64,000 bases of DNA from NCBI GenBank assembly GCA_913045225.1, contig CAJWPC010000004.1, forward strand, positions 148,821 to 212,820, in the 5' to 3' direction. Origin of the DNA: an uncultured Rhodobiaceae bacterium (GTDB lineage Bacteria > Pseudomonadota > Alphaproteobacteria > Rhizobiales > TMED25). Numbering within the stretch: the first letter of the stretch is position 1; each line of letters opens with the position of its first letter. Positions 43,132 to 53,166 of the stretch are shown here, piece by piece. A program made the position numbers and the translations under genes. Under the pieces are notes generated by a model. It was not told the origin of the DNA. It worked only from the letters and a program-made list of their open reading frames with translations, and did not search any database.

Positions 43132-44769
43132 ATGAAAAAAAGGTCGGGCGCACATGTATTAGTTGAGTCGCTAGTCAACGAAGGGCTAACTACTATATTC
43201 GGAATACCTGGCGTTGATACCTTAAGTGTTTATGATGCCTTCCTTGATCATCCATCGGTAAGAGCTATCAATGTTAGGCATGAACAAAGCGCTGTTTTTA
43301 TGGCTGATGGATTTTACCGTGCATCAGGAAATATAGGTGTTGCTCTTACAAGTGGTGGCCCAGGCGCATTAAATACACTCACTGCAATGGGCACCGCTCA
43401 TAATGACTCATCAGCGATACTGCATATTCTCAATGATAATCCTGCCCACGTGCGAGCAAAGGGACGAGGCTATTTTCATGATGTGAGAGATCAATACGGA
43501 ATATTTAGACCTGTTATTGATTTTGGTTATCAAGCAACAATGCCACATGAAATCCCCGACTCGATTAGAACGGCAATGACGGCCCTGAAAAGCAGAAGGC
43601 CAAAACCCTCACTAGTTGAGATTGGCGGCGATGCATTTAAGATTGCTACAGATATTGCTGTTGGTGACAAATCGTCGAGCCACAGAAGAAAAGCAAGTGA
43701 TGAGGAATTGAGTCAAATGATAGACGCACTATCAAATTCGAAAAAACCAATAATTTGGTCTGGCGGTGGCGTCGTTCATGCAGATGCATCAGAAGAATGT
43801 ATTAAATTTGCAGAAAGCCTTAATGCACCTGTAATTACATCTCAAACAGGAAAAGGCTCTGTACCATTCAACCATCCTTTACATGTTGGAAATTGGAGTA
43901 ATGAAAAACCAGTGAGAGAATTTATTGATGACACCGATCTTGTCATCATACTTGGTAGCCGCTTATCTTACTTCCCAACGGGTGGCTGGACATTAAAGTT
44001 TCCAGGTAAAGTCATCCAAATCGATATTGACCCAGCTGAGCTTGGCAGAAACCATCCAGTACATGTTGGCGTGGTTAGCGATTTAAAAAATGCGCTCACA
44101 AGACTCAATAAACATATTAAAAATAGAAAAATCAAATTCAATACCAGTGAACGCAAACCTGAAATAAAAGCGTTGATTGATAAAATCCATACAGCATTAG
44201 GTAAACCTGTTGAAGTTGACGTTCTCGATCAATTAAGATCAGCTTTGCCACATGAAACAATCGTATTTAATGATCCAACAACTATCGTTTTTTGGATGCG
44301 CTCCTATTGGAAAACATACCTGCCAAGAACATGGTTCGTTCCATCAGGTTTTGGAACGCTCGGCTTTGCCCTGCCATCTGCTATCGGGGCGAAGGTTGCA
44401 AAACCAGATGTACCGGTTGTAGCTATGCACGGTGATGCAGGTGTCATGTTTACAATCCAAGATCTTATGACAGCTGTAGAACACAACATACCCGTTATTC
44501 TTTTTGTATTCAACGATCAAGGCTATGGTGTAGAAAGACGCCATCAAGACCATCTCTATGGGAGAAGAAGTGGTGTTGATATTCAATCACCTGATTTTGT
44601 TGGACTCGCCAAATCATTTGGCGCGCATGGTGTAAGAGTTGATGATCTATCTAAAGTTGGGGAAGCTGTTAGCGAGGTCTTAAATATCAATAAGCCAACC
44701 TTGATAGAAGTACCGTGTGATTTCAAACATCCAGGATATGGCTCCTTCATTGATTGGTCAAAGCAGTAA
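43132..44769 (+). CDS. thiamine diphosphate-dependent enzyme (decarboxylase / AHAS-like family)
   Basis: FGIPG, RHEQ catalytic Glu, GPGALN, HGDAG...FND ThDP motif; no ilvH partner. Confidence 0.88.
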   Translation: MKKRSGAHVLVESLVNEGLTTIFGIPGVDTLSVYDAFLDHPSVRAINVRHEQSAVFMADGFYRASGNIGVALTSGGPGALNTLTAMGTAHNDSSAILHILNDNPAHVRAKGRGYFHDVRDQYGIFRPVIDFGYQATMPHEIPDSIRTAMTALKSRRPKPSLVEIGGDAFKIATDIAVGDKSSSHRRKASDEELSQMIDALSNSKKPIIWSGGGVVHADASEECIKFAESLNAPVITSQTGKGSVPFNHPLHVGNWSNEKPVREFIDDTDLVIILGSRLSYFPTGGWTLKFPGKVIQIDIDPAELGRNHPVHVGVVSDLKNALTRLNKHIKNRKIKFNTSERKPEIKALIDKIHTALGKPVEVDVLDQLRSALPHETIVFNDPTTIVFWMRSYWKTYLPRTWFVPSGFGTLGFALPSAIGAKVAKPDVPVVAMHGDAGVMFTIQDLMTAVEHNIPVILFVFNDQGYGVERRHQDHLYGRRSGVDIQSPDFVGLAKSFGAHGVRVDDLSKVGEAVSEVLNINKPTLIEVPCDFKHPGYGSFIDWSKQ

Positions 44770-44794
44770 GCGTTCGATTTAGCCCAGATATTTA

Positions 44795-45421
44795 ATGGAT
44801 CTAATACTCATATCTCAAATAATAATTGTTTGCTTGCTTGGTGCCATGTCGCCAGGACCCAGCATGGTCGTTGTTATAAATAATGCCATCACAAAGAGCC
44901 GGGTTAATGGTATCATAGCCGCAATTGCTCATGGCATTGGAATTGCTATTTATGCATTATTTGCAGTTTTGGGGATTGGGCTGATCATTCAAACAAGCTC
45001 CCTGATTTTTAATGGATTACAAGTCCTATCGATTGCTTTTTTATTTTATCTTGGGGTTCAGTCGCTGAGAAATACAGACCAAATTGATTTTGAAGATACA
45101 TCAGTAAAAAGTGGGGTCACTTCGTTTGCCCAAGGTTTTGCAATCTCAATACTTAATCCCAAAATCTTTATCTGGTTTGTGGCTATTTACTCTCAATTCA
45201 TGTCGATAGATAACAATTTAACTCTAAATGCTACACTAGTTATTACAGCCGGAATTGTTGATACTCTCTGGTATGTACTTCTCGTTTATTTGGTGACCAC
45301 CGGAATGATATTTGAACTAATAAAAAGTAATTACCGTTTTATAAATAAGTTCATTGGAATTTTGTTTGTAATTTTATCTGTTGGTCTAGGTTTAAATGCA
45401 CTAGTCAATTTCACGCTTTAA
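44795..45421 (+). CDS. LysE/RhtB family exporter
   Basis: AMSPGP, ILNPK, about 6 TM segments. Confidence 0.9.
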   Translation: MDLILISQIIIVCLLGAMSPGPSMVVVINNAITKSRVNGIIAAIAHGIGIAIYALFAVLGIGLIIQTSSLIFNGLQVLSIAFLFYLGVQSLRNTDQIDFEDTSVKSGVTSFAQGFAISILNPKIFIWFVAIYSQFMSIDNNLTLNATLVITAGIVDTLWYVLLVYLVTTGMIFELIKSNYRFINKFIGILFVILSVGLGLNALVNFTL

Positions 45422-45442
45422 ATAATGAGGTAAATTTTCGTA

Positions 45443-46120
45443 ATGGCTTTCATTTTTATTGGTCTTGCAATTTACGTACTTCCTATTCTTGTATTTCACT
45501 ATACCATTAATAAGTATGATAATGAGCTCGATGGAATGCCATTTACAGCGCAGGAGCTTGGTCAAGATATATTGAATGATTTTGAAATAAAAAACGTCGA
45601 TATTGAGCCAACAGAAATCGGTGACCATTACGACCCTGATAGAAAAAAAATCAGAATAAAAAAATATAGGTTAAACCGTAAAAGCCTTACTGCTCTATCG
45701 ATTATAACGCATGAGATTGGCCATGCCATTCAAGATAAAGAAGGATATGAGCCCCTATCAAGGCGTCAAAAGATCATTAAAAGTACGACGTGGATATCAA
45801 GACTTGCAGGGGGTATAATGTATATCGGTATTGGGCCCATCATTGCAACTGGGCTGATACCACTTATTAAAATTGCTGGGGTCCTCGTTGCACTTAGTAT
45901 AATTATAAATGTTGTTTTACATCTCATTACTCTGGATGTTGAATTTGATGCCAGCTATAAGAGGGCACTACCAATTCTTAGGGAGAAAATACCGAGTGAG
46001 TACCATAAGGCTTGTAATACGGTCCTGACCGCCGCTGCATTTACCTATGTTGTGGGATCACTGGCAAGTTTTTTAAGTTTAAGATATGCTTGGCCAATTA
46101 TAAGAAAAATTTTAAGATAA
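45443..46120 (+). CDS. membrane zinc metallopeptidase (YugP-like)
   Basis: DHYDP, HEIGHAIQD, TLDVEFDAS, AAAFTYV. Confidence 0.88.
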   Translation: MAFIFIGLAIYVLPILVFHYTINKYDNELDGMPFTAQELGQDILNDFEIKNVDIEPTEIGDHYDPDRKKIRIKKYRLNRKSLTALSIITHEIGHAIQDKEGYEPLSRRQKIIKSTTWISRLAGGIMYIGIGPIIATGLIPLIKIAGVLVALSIIINVVLHLITLDVEFDASYKRALPILREKIPSEYHKACNTVLTAAAFTYVVGSLASFLSLRYAWPIIRKILR

Positions 46121-46125
46121 AAAAA

Positions 46126-47187
46126 TTATGCTTTTTTAACGTTATCGGACATAGATTTACCCTGTTGAATAGCATATTCCTGCAAGTCAGCCACTTTATC
46201 AGTCTCATCAACAATCTCATCACCCAATATTGTCTCAATAACATCTTCCATAGTTATAATGCCAGCAACCCCATTATATTCGTCAATGACAAGAGCAATA
46301 TGCTCGTGGTTTTTAATAAAATCATTGAACATTTTTAGCATATTGTGGGTTTCCGGCACTGTGATAATATTTCTCTTGAAGTCCTTCAGCTGTTTATGAT
46401 TTTCATCATCTAGTAAGTGCTCTAAGACCTCGTCTTTTAAAACATAACCAATGATATTTTCTGACTCTTTACTTTCTTCAAGGAGAATTCGGCTGAAAAT
46501 CAATTCCTCTTGAAGCTCATAAAATTCATTCGCATACATATCTGCTGGCTCTGATACGATCACAGATCTTGGTGTCATTACATCTTTAACTTGAACAGTT
46601 TTGAAGTGAAGCAGGTTATAAATAAGCTTGCTTTCAACTTCATCAAGCTCACCTTCGCTCGATCCTATATCGGCCATAGCTAGAAAATCGGCCCTTGAAA
46701 AGATCTCTTTATTATCATTATTTTTCATTAGGAACTTTTTCGTATAAACCTGCAAAAACCAAATCACGGGCATAAGAATAATTAGAAGAAACTGAACGCT
46801 CTTTGCCGTGAAAGGGGCAAGTCTTTTCCAATTATTCGCTCCTATTGTTTTTGGCGTTATTTCTGAGAAAACGAGTATGGCAAACGTCATCGCTATTGGG
46901 ACAAATAGGGCTGTCACCGTGATATGGTTTGGCCAAAGTTTGGACGCTTCTTTCCCAACACCAATCGCGCAAAATGTATTGGCAATCGTATTTAGCGTTA
47001 AAATTGCTGATAATGGTTTATCAATATTATTTTTGAATTCGTTAAGAAGCTTACCTGTTCGAGTGCCCTCATTTAATTTCGCTTGCGTGTAAGAAGGAGT
47101 AGTACTCAGAAGGGCAGCTTCGAGCATAGAACAGAAAAAAGATATTCCTATTGCAGCAATCAAATAAACTATTAAGGCTGTATACAT
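46126..47187 (-). CDS. CNNM (DUF21)-CBS domain protein, CorB/hemolysin-like
   Basis: FFCSMLEAALLS, FSEITPK, VMTPR, VIDEYNG..GIITMEDVIE. Confidence 0.9.
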   Translation of the reverse strand: MYTALIVYLIAAIGISFFCSMLEAALLSTTPSYTQAKLNEGTRTGKLLNEFKNNIDKPLSAILTLNTIANTFCAIGVGKEASKLWPNHITVTALFVPIAMTFAILVFSEITPKTIGANNWKRLAPFTAKSVQFLLIILMPVIWFLQVYTKKFLMKNNDNKEIFSRADFLAMADIGSSEGELDEVESKLIYNLLHFKTVQVKDVMTPRSVIVSEPADMYANEFYELQEELIFSRILLEESKESENIIGYVLKDEVLEHLLDDENHKQLKDFKRNIITVPETHNMLKMFNDFIKNHEHIALVIDEYNGVAGIITMEDVIETILGDEIVDETDKVADLQEYAIQQGKSMSDNVKKA

Positions 47188-47305
47188 TTATTTGATAGTT
47201 AAACTTTCTGCTTATTATAAGAAAAAGATTTCATCCAATGCATTTTAACCAAATTTAATTTAGATTCAATAATAATAATTTTAAATTTACTTTTTGAGAT
47301 GTTAG

Positions 47306-48148
47306 CTACTTATAAATATCATAGATAATTTTATTAAATTCTTCAGGTTCTTCAAATTGAACCCAGTGACCTGTATTATCAATAACATGACAATTTACCT
47401 CGGGAATGAGCTCTTTCATCCTATCTTTAGCATTACCAATTCCATTGATTAGAGTCACATCAAACTCACCCCAAATAATATCAATGGGCTTGTCAACCCC
47501 CAATAATCTAGCTGGCAGATCGTGAGTTGCAACAATATCAAGGCTGCGTACCTTACCTCCGCGTGTATTAAGAGTCTGAACTGTGATCGCCAAATCATCA
47601 ATCTTTTCATCTTTGTGTAACATCATGACTGATAAATTAAAACGTTGTGCCTCAAATAATTCTTCCTTCGAATTTACGTCTCTCCAACTTTTCATCTTTG
47701 GTCGCTTGAATGGCATATTACCTGTTCTATTATATCCAACGAGCGTTAATCGTAAGACTTTCTCACGGGCAAATTTCATCATATGAGATCCAATGGCAGA
47801 GCCAAATGAGAAGCCTACTATATTGTATTGTTCATCGGGTAATAATTCGTCGAGTGCATCCACCAATATTTGTGCGTATTGATCTAGCGTTGGAAGATAT
47901 GGTAATAATTCAGACTCACCAAAGCCCGGCATATCGGGAACTACTATTCGAAATTTTTTTGATAGTTCGTATATATTGTTTAACCAGTGCATCCATGACC
48001 CATACCCACCGTGCAGCATAACTAATATCGGACCAACCTCGCCCCATTGACGGAATGAAATTTCAGTGTTCTCATTCGTTTTTATAAAAACCTGTGAGGA
48101 GGCATCTTTTAATGACTGGATTTTTTGATTGTAATCTAGCTCTATCAT
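47306..48148 (-). CDS. alpha/beta fold hydrolase
   Basis: HGGYG, DMPGFGES, GFSFG nucleophile elbow, GHWVQFE. Confidence 0.9.
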   Translation of the reverse strand: MIELDYNQKIQSLKDASSQVFIKTNENTEISFRQWGEVGPILVMLHGGYGSWMHWLNNIYELSKKFRIVVPDMPGFGESELLPYLPTLDQYAQILVDALDELLPDEQYNIVGFSFGSAIGSHMMKFAREKVLRLTLVGYNRTGNMPFKRPKMKSWRDVNSKEELFEAQRFNLSVMMLHKDEKIDDLAITVQTLNTRGGKVRSLDIVATHDLPARLLGVDKPIDIIWGEFDVTLINGIGNAKDRMKELIPEVNCHVIDNTGHWVQFEEPEEFNKIIYDIYK

Positions 48149-48290
48149 ATAAATTACATAAACAATTTATTTATTATTGTATAGAATAATATGGTAAATT
48201 ATATTCGAATAGTCACATCACTTACCCATTGAGGATAAAATTCGTTACCCTGCATTACACAGCAAGTATTTCAGATACTATTTTCTTGGT

Positions 48291-49463
48291 ATGGCGCCAT
48301 CTATGCAAGCAGTGTGGATCACCCGACTCGTAATGAGCTGGATTGCCTGGGATCTTACAGGTTCAAGTGCTTATGTTGGTTTGCTGTCTTTTTTCTTGTT
48401 CGTACCATACATCACAACAATACCTTTTTTTGGGGTACTATTAGACCGGATCGAACCTCTGAGAACTGCTATCATAGCTCAGATAATACAAGCATTGGCG
48501 GCATTCACTATTTTTCTAATGCACATTACAGATAGCCTATCCATATTTTCATTGTGCACGGTAGCTGTAATAATTGGTACAGCAAATAGTGCACAAGGCT
48601 CTGCGAGGCAGACAATCGTACCTCGCATTGTTGATAAACCAACAATTGCAAATGCAGTTGCCTTCAATGCAATGAACTTTCAAATTGCAAGAATTATTGG
48701 ACCGAGCGTTGGAGGTATCCTCATTGGTTTAATTGGAACGAAATATACCATCTTGTTTTCTTCATTCTTTTTCCTGCCAGCATTGATAACCCTACCAATG
48801 ATTGTGTTAACACCGAAGCAAGGTGAAAGTATAAAGAAAGAGTCAAACTTTATTTCAGAATTGGTAGATGGAGCAAGATTTGCGCACAGAAATGCTGTTA
48901 TTTTTGAGTGTATAGTTTTAACATTTATTTCATCAGTCATTATTCGCGGTTGCCATGAATTACTTCCCGCATTAGCTGATGGCAAATTCAATATGGGTGT
49001 TGAGGGTCTTGGTCAAATTATGGCTGCAGCTGGAGCTGGGGCTTTAATTTCTTCATTTTTAATTGCATCAAGAAAAAAAACCTACAATGATAATGGGATT
49101 CCAATGATTGCGAGGATTTCCCTTATTTTGGGTTTATTATTTGTTACGATACTTGGCTATGTTGATAATTGGTATTTAGCAATTCTTGCTGCCTTTATAA
49201 GCGGAGCATGCGTTACAAATGTTGCTATCGATATGCAATCAACCGTGCAAATGCAACTAACCGATACCTACAGGGCCAGAGTCGCAAGTCTCTGGCTTGC
49301 AACCGCTATTGGTGGCAGCGGTCTTGGCTCAATATTGAATGGAATATTTTCCGATGTATTTGGAATTACTGAGACATTTATTTTTGTCGGGCTTATCGGG
49401 GTATTGGCAGTAATCTTGACTCAAGCATGGTTACATACAAAAAATAGGGAAATTGGAGTATGA
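48291..49463 (+). CDS. MFS transporter (MFS_3/EntS-like); true start probably upstream near 48228
   Basis: WDLTGS, GVLLDRIE, ARIIGPSVGG, YRARVASL; homologous-looking sequence continues in frame upstream of the ATG. Confidence 0.85.
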   Translation: MAPSMQAVWITRLVMSWIAWDLTGSSAYVGLLSFFLFVPYITTIPFFGVLLDRIEPLRTAIIAQIIQALAAFTIFLMHITDSLSIFSLCTVAVIIGTANSAQGSARQTIVPRIVDKPTIANAVAFNAMNFQIARIIGPSVGGILIGLIGTKYTILFSSFFFLPALITLPMIVLTPKQGESIKKESNFISELVDGARFAHRNAVIFECIVLTFISSVIIRGCHELLPALADGKFNMGVEGLGQIMAAAGAGALISSFLIASRKKTYNDNGIPMIARISLILGLLFVTILGYVDNWYLAILAAFISGACVTNVAIDMQSTVQMQLTDTYRARVASLWLATAIGGSGLGSILNGIFSDVFGITETFIFVGLIGVLAVILTQAWLHTKNREIGV

Positions 49464-50665
49464 TGAGCGCCAACAAAATCAAGCAAGATGCCCCAATGTC
49501 TGTGTTATTCACTATGTTGTTTGCTGGGCAAATTGCCTCTACAATTTTCTTGCCCGGCCTTCCATCAATTGCCGCTGAATTAAATATTCCAAGATCAATT
49601 GTTCAAACAATGGTGCCTGTCTATCTCGCGGCATTTGCTTCGACCCAACTAATAATTGGACCACTATCTGATAAATTTGGGAGAAAACCAATTGTTTTGT
49701 TGGGAATATTACTTTTTACGATTGCAAGTTACTTATGCGCCAATGCAGATGATATTCACACTCTCTTGCTTTGTCGGGTTGCACAGGCCACAGGGGCATG
49801 TTCCACTCTAGTAATTAGCAGAGCAATAATTAGAGATACCTCAGAAGGCTTAGCTGCTGCGAAAGCAATGTCCTATGTTGCAATTGCCATGGCAATTGGA
49901 CCTATACTAGCCCCCTTTATTGGTGGTTTTTTAACAGGTTGGTTTGATTGGAGAGCTACATTCCTTTTCACCTCACTTACTGGTTTGATTGTTTTAGTTC
50001 TTATTTTCTTCAATTTGAAAGAAACGCTACCAAAAGAGATGCGGGATCCACCAAAAGTAACAACTCTTCTAACTAACTACAGAGATTTACTAAAGAATGT
50101 AAAATTTACGTCCTACAGTATGATCGTAGCATTTGCAAGTGGGGCCATGCAGGCATACGTCGTAGCGTCTCCAATTATTTTTATTGTTATTATGGGTGTT
50201 TCTCCTGAAGTTTTTGGTTTTTATGTCATGATTATGCCATCTCTTTTTGTTCTTGCTACTTTCATTTCAAGAAAGATGTTGGATTACATTACTGTTGACC
50301 AAATTGTAATTATTGGAGGACTCTTTAGCTGCTCAGGCGGGGTTCTGCAGTTATTTTTCGGAATAAGTGAGGTGGAAACACCTCTTCCCGTTCTGATTGC
50401 ATTTGCAATTTCGAATTTCGGTACAGGACTATTGCTTGGAAATTGCTATGCAGCGGCACTCAATTCGGTGAAACCAGAAGTTGCAGGCTCAGCATCTGCT
50501 TTGGGTGGGTTTCTTCACTTTGGTTGGGGTGCCTTGATAACCATCACCCTTGCTAATATTCATATGACATCATCATTTGTATTTAGCGTCGCCCAGCTAA
50601 CGACAACAACTCTTGCTTTAATAACAATTATCGTATTAAATTTTGTATTCGTTAAATCTTCATGA
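49460..50665 (+). CDS. MFS transporter, Bcr/CflA (DHA1) family
   Basis: FLPGLP, GPLSDKFGRKP, SRAIIRD, GPILAPFIGG, LKET. Confidence 0.9.
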   Translation: MMSANKIKQDAPMSVLFTMLFAGQIASTIFLPGLPSIAAELNIPRSIVQTMVPVYLAAFASTQLIIGPLSDKFGRKPIVLLGILLFTIASYLCANADDIHTLLLCRVAQATGACSTLVISRAIIRDTSEGLAAAKAMSYVAIAMAIGPILAPFIGGFLTGWFDWRATFLFTSLTGLIVLVLIFFNLKETLPKEMRDPPKVTTLLTNYRDLLKNVKFTSYSMIVAFASGAMQAYVVASPIIFIVIMGVSPEVFGFYVMIMPSLFVLATFISRKMLDYITVDQIVIIGGLFSCSGGVLQLFFGISEVETPLPVLIAFAISNFGTGLLLGNCYAAALNSVKPEVAGSASALGGFLHFGWGALITITLANIHMTSSFVFSVAQLTTTTLALITIIVLNFVFVKSS

Positions 50666-50672
50666 AAAGTAG

Positions 50673-52106
50673 ATGAATATATTTAATAGCTACCAGAACA
50701 CTGAGCCAAAGTTCAGAACAATAACCACACTCATTATGCCACTCGTGATGGTATCTGTCATAATGGCTGAGTGGTCAGGGTCTTATATTTCTTATGTAAT
50801 ATCGGCTCTTTTAATTTTGTTATACCTCTCAATGTCTCTGAATGATCTGTCCCTATCGAGAAAATTATTTATAGTCCTTGGCTCTATTTTGACTTTAGTT
50901 TCTATTCTTGTATTACCTGACTGGACCAAGGTATCTATAGAGGCTCTTACAAAATCAACTTTTGTAGCAACCTTTTTTTTATCGCTTTGCTGTTTGAGGA
51001 AAGCCGCCTCATCGTCACCCGCAATGGAGAAGTGTGGGCGGTACCTGGCTGAACAAAAAACTTCAATAAGATACCTTACATTAACGTTCGGTGGGCATAT
51101 GTTTGGTGTTATACTGAGTTTTGGCTCGATTTCTTTGCTTGGTAGCCTGGCTGAGAAAGGCAGCAGTGAGATAAAAGACCCCGACTCTCGCGCGTTAAAT
51201 AGAAAAGCAATGCTTCTGGCGGTTCAACGTGGTTTCGTGGCCATGACATGTTGGTCTCCCCTAACATTCTCAATAGCCATAACAACGTCCGTTATTCCAA
51301 ATACGACATGGACTGGAGCTGCTCTATCTTGCATTATTAGCGCTATAATTCTGATAACTGTTGGCTGGTTTCTTGACTACGTAGCGACTCGGAAGGTTAA
51401 ATCAAGAATGCAAATCCCAGACCTGAAAACTTCAGGAACGTGGCATACTTTGATACCATTAGCTTTTATTTTTATCACTCTATTGGGTATTATCTTTACT
51501 CTCATGAACTATACGAATCTTAACGCGGTACCAGTTGTTATGTTTGTGGTGCCCATTTACAGTATAATTTGGATTGCATATCAAAATACAGGTAACACAA
51601 AGAAAATAATCTATAACACGGCGCATAGAGTTGATGAGTTCATCAATGAAGATATCTATAATTATAAGCAAGAGCTTATTGTGCTGATCATGGCTGCATT
51701 TATTGGGATAATGGGATCGAGCTTAATTAATCACTTTGCAGGAGAGAGCATAAGTTTTTTAAATGGCATCCCAGCTCCCATAATACTCATTGCTATTGTA
51801 TGGATTATGCCCGTATGTGGACAAATTGGAATGAATCCCATACTTGCTGTTTATATGATTGGACCATTAATTCCATCTGCAGAAATAATGGGGGTCCCTC
51901 CAAATAGTATCATTGTAGCTCTGTGCGCGGGCTGGGCAATAACAGGGATAAGCTCGCCTTTTACAGCATCAACTTTATTGATCGCTAAATTAGGTCGTGT
52001 GACACCGCATTATGCGGGCTTGAACTGGAACGGTTTATTTACAATTATTGGTGGCGTGCTATTATCAATATGGGTTATAATCGCAAACAAATTTGTTGTT
52101 ATTTAA
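50673..52106 (+). CDS. multi-pass membrane protein, possible transporter (477 aa)
   Basis: About 13 hydrophobic segments; QRGF..CWSP, IGMNPI and SSPFTAS loops; no family recognised with confidence. Confidence 0.7.
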   Translation: MNIFNSYQNTEPKFRTITTLIMPLVMVSVIMAEWSGSYISYVISALLILLYLSMSLNDLSLSRKLFIVLGSILTLVSILVLPDWTKVSIEALTKSTFVATFFLSLCCLRKAASSSPAMEKCGRYLAEQKTSIRYLTLTFGGHMFGVILSFGSISLLGSLAEKGSSEIKDPDSRALNRKAMLLAVQRGFVAMTCWSPLTFSIAITTSVIPNTTWTGAALSCIISAIILITVGWFLDYVATRKVKSRMQIPDLKTSGTWHTLIPLAFIFITLLGIIFTLMNYTNLNAVPVVMFVVPIYSIIWIAYQNTGNTKKIIYNTAHRVDEFINEDIYNYKQELIVLIMAAFIGIMGSSLINHFAGESISFLNGIPAPIILIAIVWIMPVCGQIGMNPILAVYMIGPLIPSAEIMGVPPNSIIVALCAGWAITGISSPFTASTLLIAKLGRVTPHYAGLNWNGLFTIIGGVLLSIWVIIANKFVVI

Positions 52107-52294
52107 TGGATTTTATATTTACTTACAAATGGTATATTCTGGGCGCAATATTAGGGATTATTCATTTATCACTATTTCTCTATAAAGGAAAAGGGGAAAT
52201 TCCAGGACCAGTGCAATTCTTATTATATGGTGCAATCCTTGGAGCTCTTGTCTATGGATGGCTAATATCAATTATCGTTAAGTATTTTTTTTAA
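52106..52294 (+). CDS. small two-helix membrane protein (62 aa)
   Basis: ATG overlaps the upstream stop (TAATG); two hydrophobic helices, each containing GAILG; fills the operon gap exactly. Confidence 0.7.
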   Translation: MDFIFTYKWYILGAILGIIHLSLFLYKGKGEIPGPVQFLLYGAILGALVYGWLISIIVKYFF

Positions 52295-52305
52295 AGGAGT
52301 AATGC

Positions 52306-53145
52306 ATGAAATACCCCCCAGTTCATATAAATGATGTTCCCATATCAAAAATGGAAGAAAAAAACGGGTGGAACATATCTGAATTCAGACTACCAATAAC
52401 AGGTGAGTCGGGATCGTCGACAACTGTTTTTCACTCAATATTCAAACCAGGTTCTACTCATAGCAAACATCTACACTCTCGATGCCCAGAGATAGCGATG
52501 TATCTCAAAGGGCATGGGGTTGTGGGACAAGGCAGTGAGAGAACAAATGTAAGAGCTGGACATTTTAGAGTTATGCCAAAAAACTCAGAGCACTTCTTCC
52601 ACAATGAAACAACTGACTCAGATGCTGAAGTTATTGGATTTTACATTGGTGCAAAAGATGTAGAAGATACGGGTTATGAATACTGCGGTCCTGTCACAGA
52701 AGAGGATTTGAAAAAAGAAAGGACTGGTTTCAATGAGGGTATATTAGTTCATATTGACGATATAGAGCCCGAAAAGATGGATGAAGGTGATGGATGGTCA
52801 ATAACAGATTTTCGCCTTCCGATAAGTAAAAAAAATGGCTCAACTACAACAGTCTTTAATGCTAAATTTATGCCAGGTGCAATTCATAAAAAACATATGC
52901 ATACAAATTGTGAGGAAATTTATTATATCGTGTCAGGCAAGGGTATTGCAGGGGCTGGTGGTGAAAAAACATACATTGAAGCTGGACATTTTCATTATAT
53001 ACCAAAAGGTGTTGAGCATTGGCTTTACAACACGAGTGAAACTGACCCAATTCATGCTGTTGGTTTGTATATTGGATCAGGAAGCGTCGAAGAAACTGGA
53101 TATGTCTATCTGGGGGATGTTACAAGTGAAGATTTGATAATATAA
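52306..53145 (+). CDS. bicupin (two tandem cupin domains)
   Basis: Internal duplication GWNISEFRLPI / GWSITDFRLPI; HLHSRCPE...SEH and HMHTNCEE...VEH; AAGGAG RBS. Confidence 0.85.
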   Translation: MKYPPVHINDVPISKMEEKNGWNISEFRLPITGESGSSTTVFHSIFKPGSTHSKHLHSRCPEIAMYLKGHGVVGQGSERTNVRAGHFRVMPKNSEHFFHNETTDSDAEVIGFYIGAKDVEDTGYEYCGPVTEEDLKKERTGFNEGILVHIDDIEPEKMDEGDGWSITDFRLPISKKNGSTTTVFNAKFMPGAIHKKHMHTNCEEIYYIVSGKGIAGAGGEKTYIEAGHFHYIPKGVEHWLYNTSETDPIHAVGLYIGSGSVEETGYVYLGDVTSEDLII

Positions 53146-53166
53146 AATGTAGATGAGGGAGATAAA

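Noticed and set aside
43132-44769. ThDP enzyme as IlvB/IlvI or Xsc
   Set aside because: FGIPG instead of FGYPG, no DAFQE motif, no ilvH/ilvC, and no pta or taurine genes nearby
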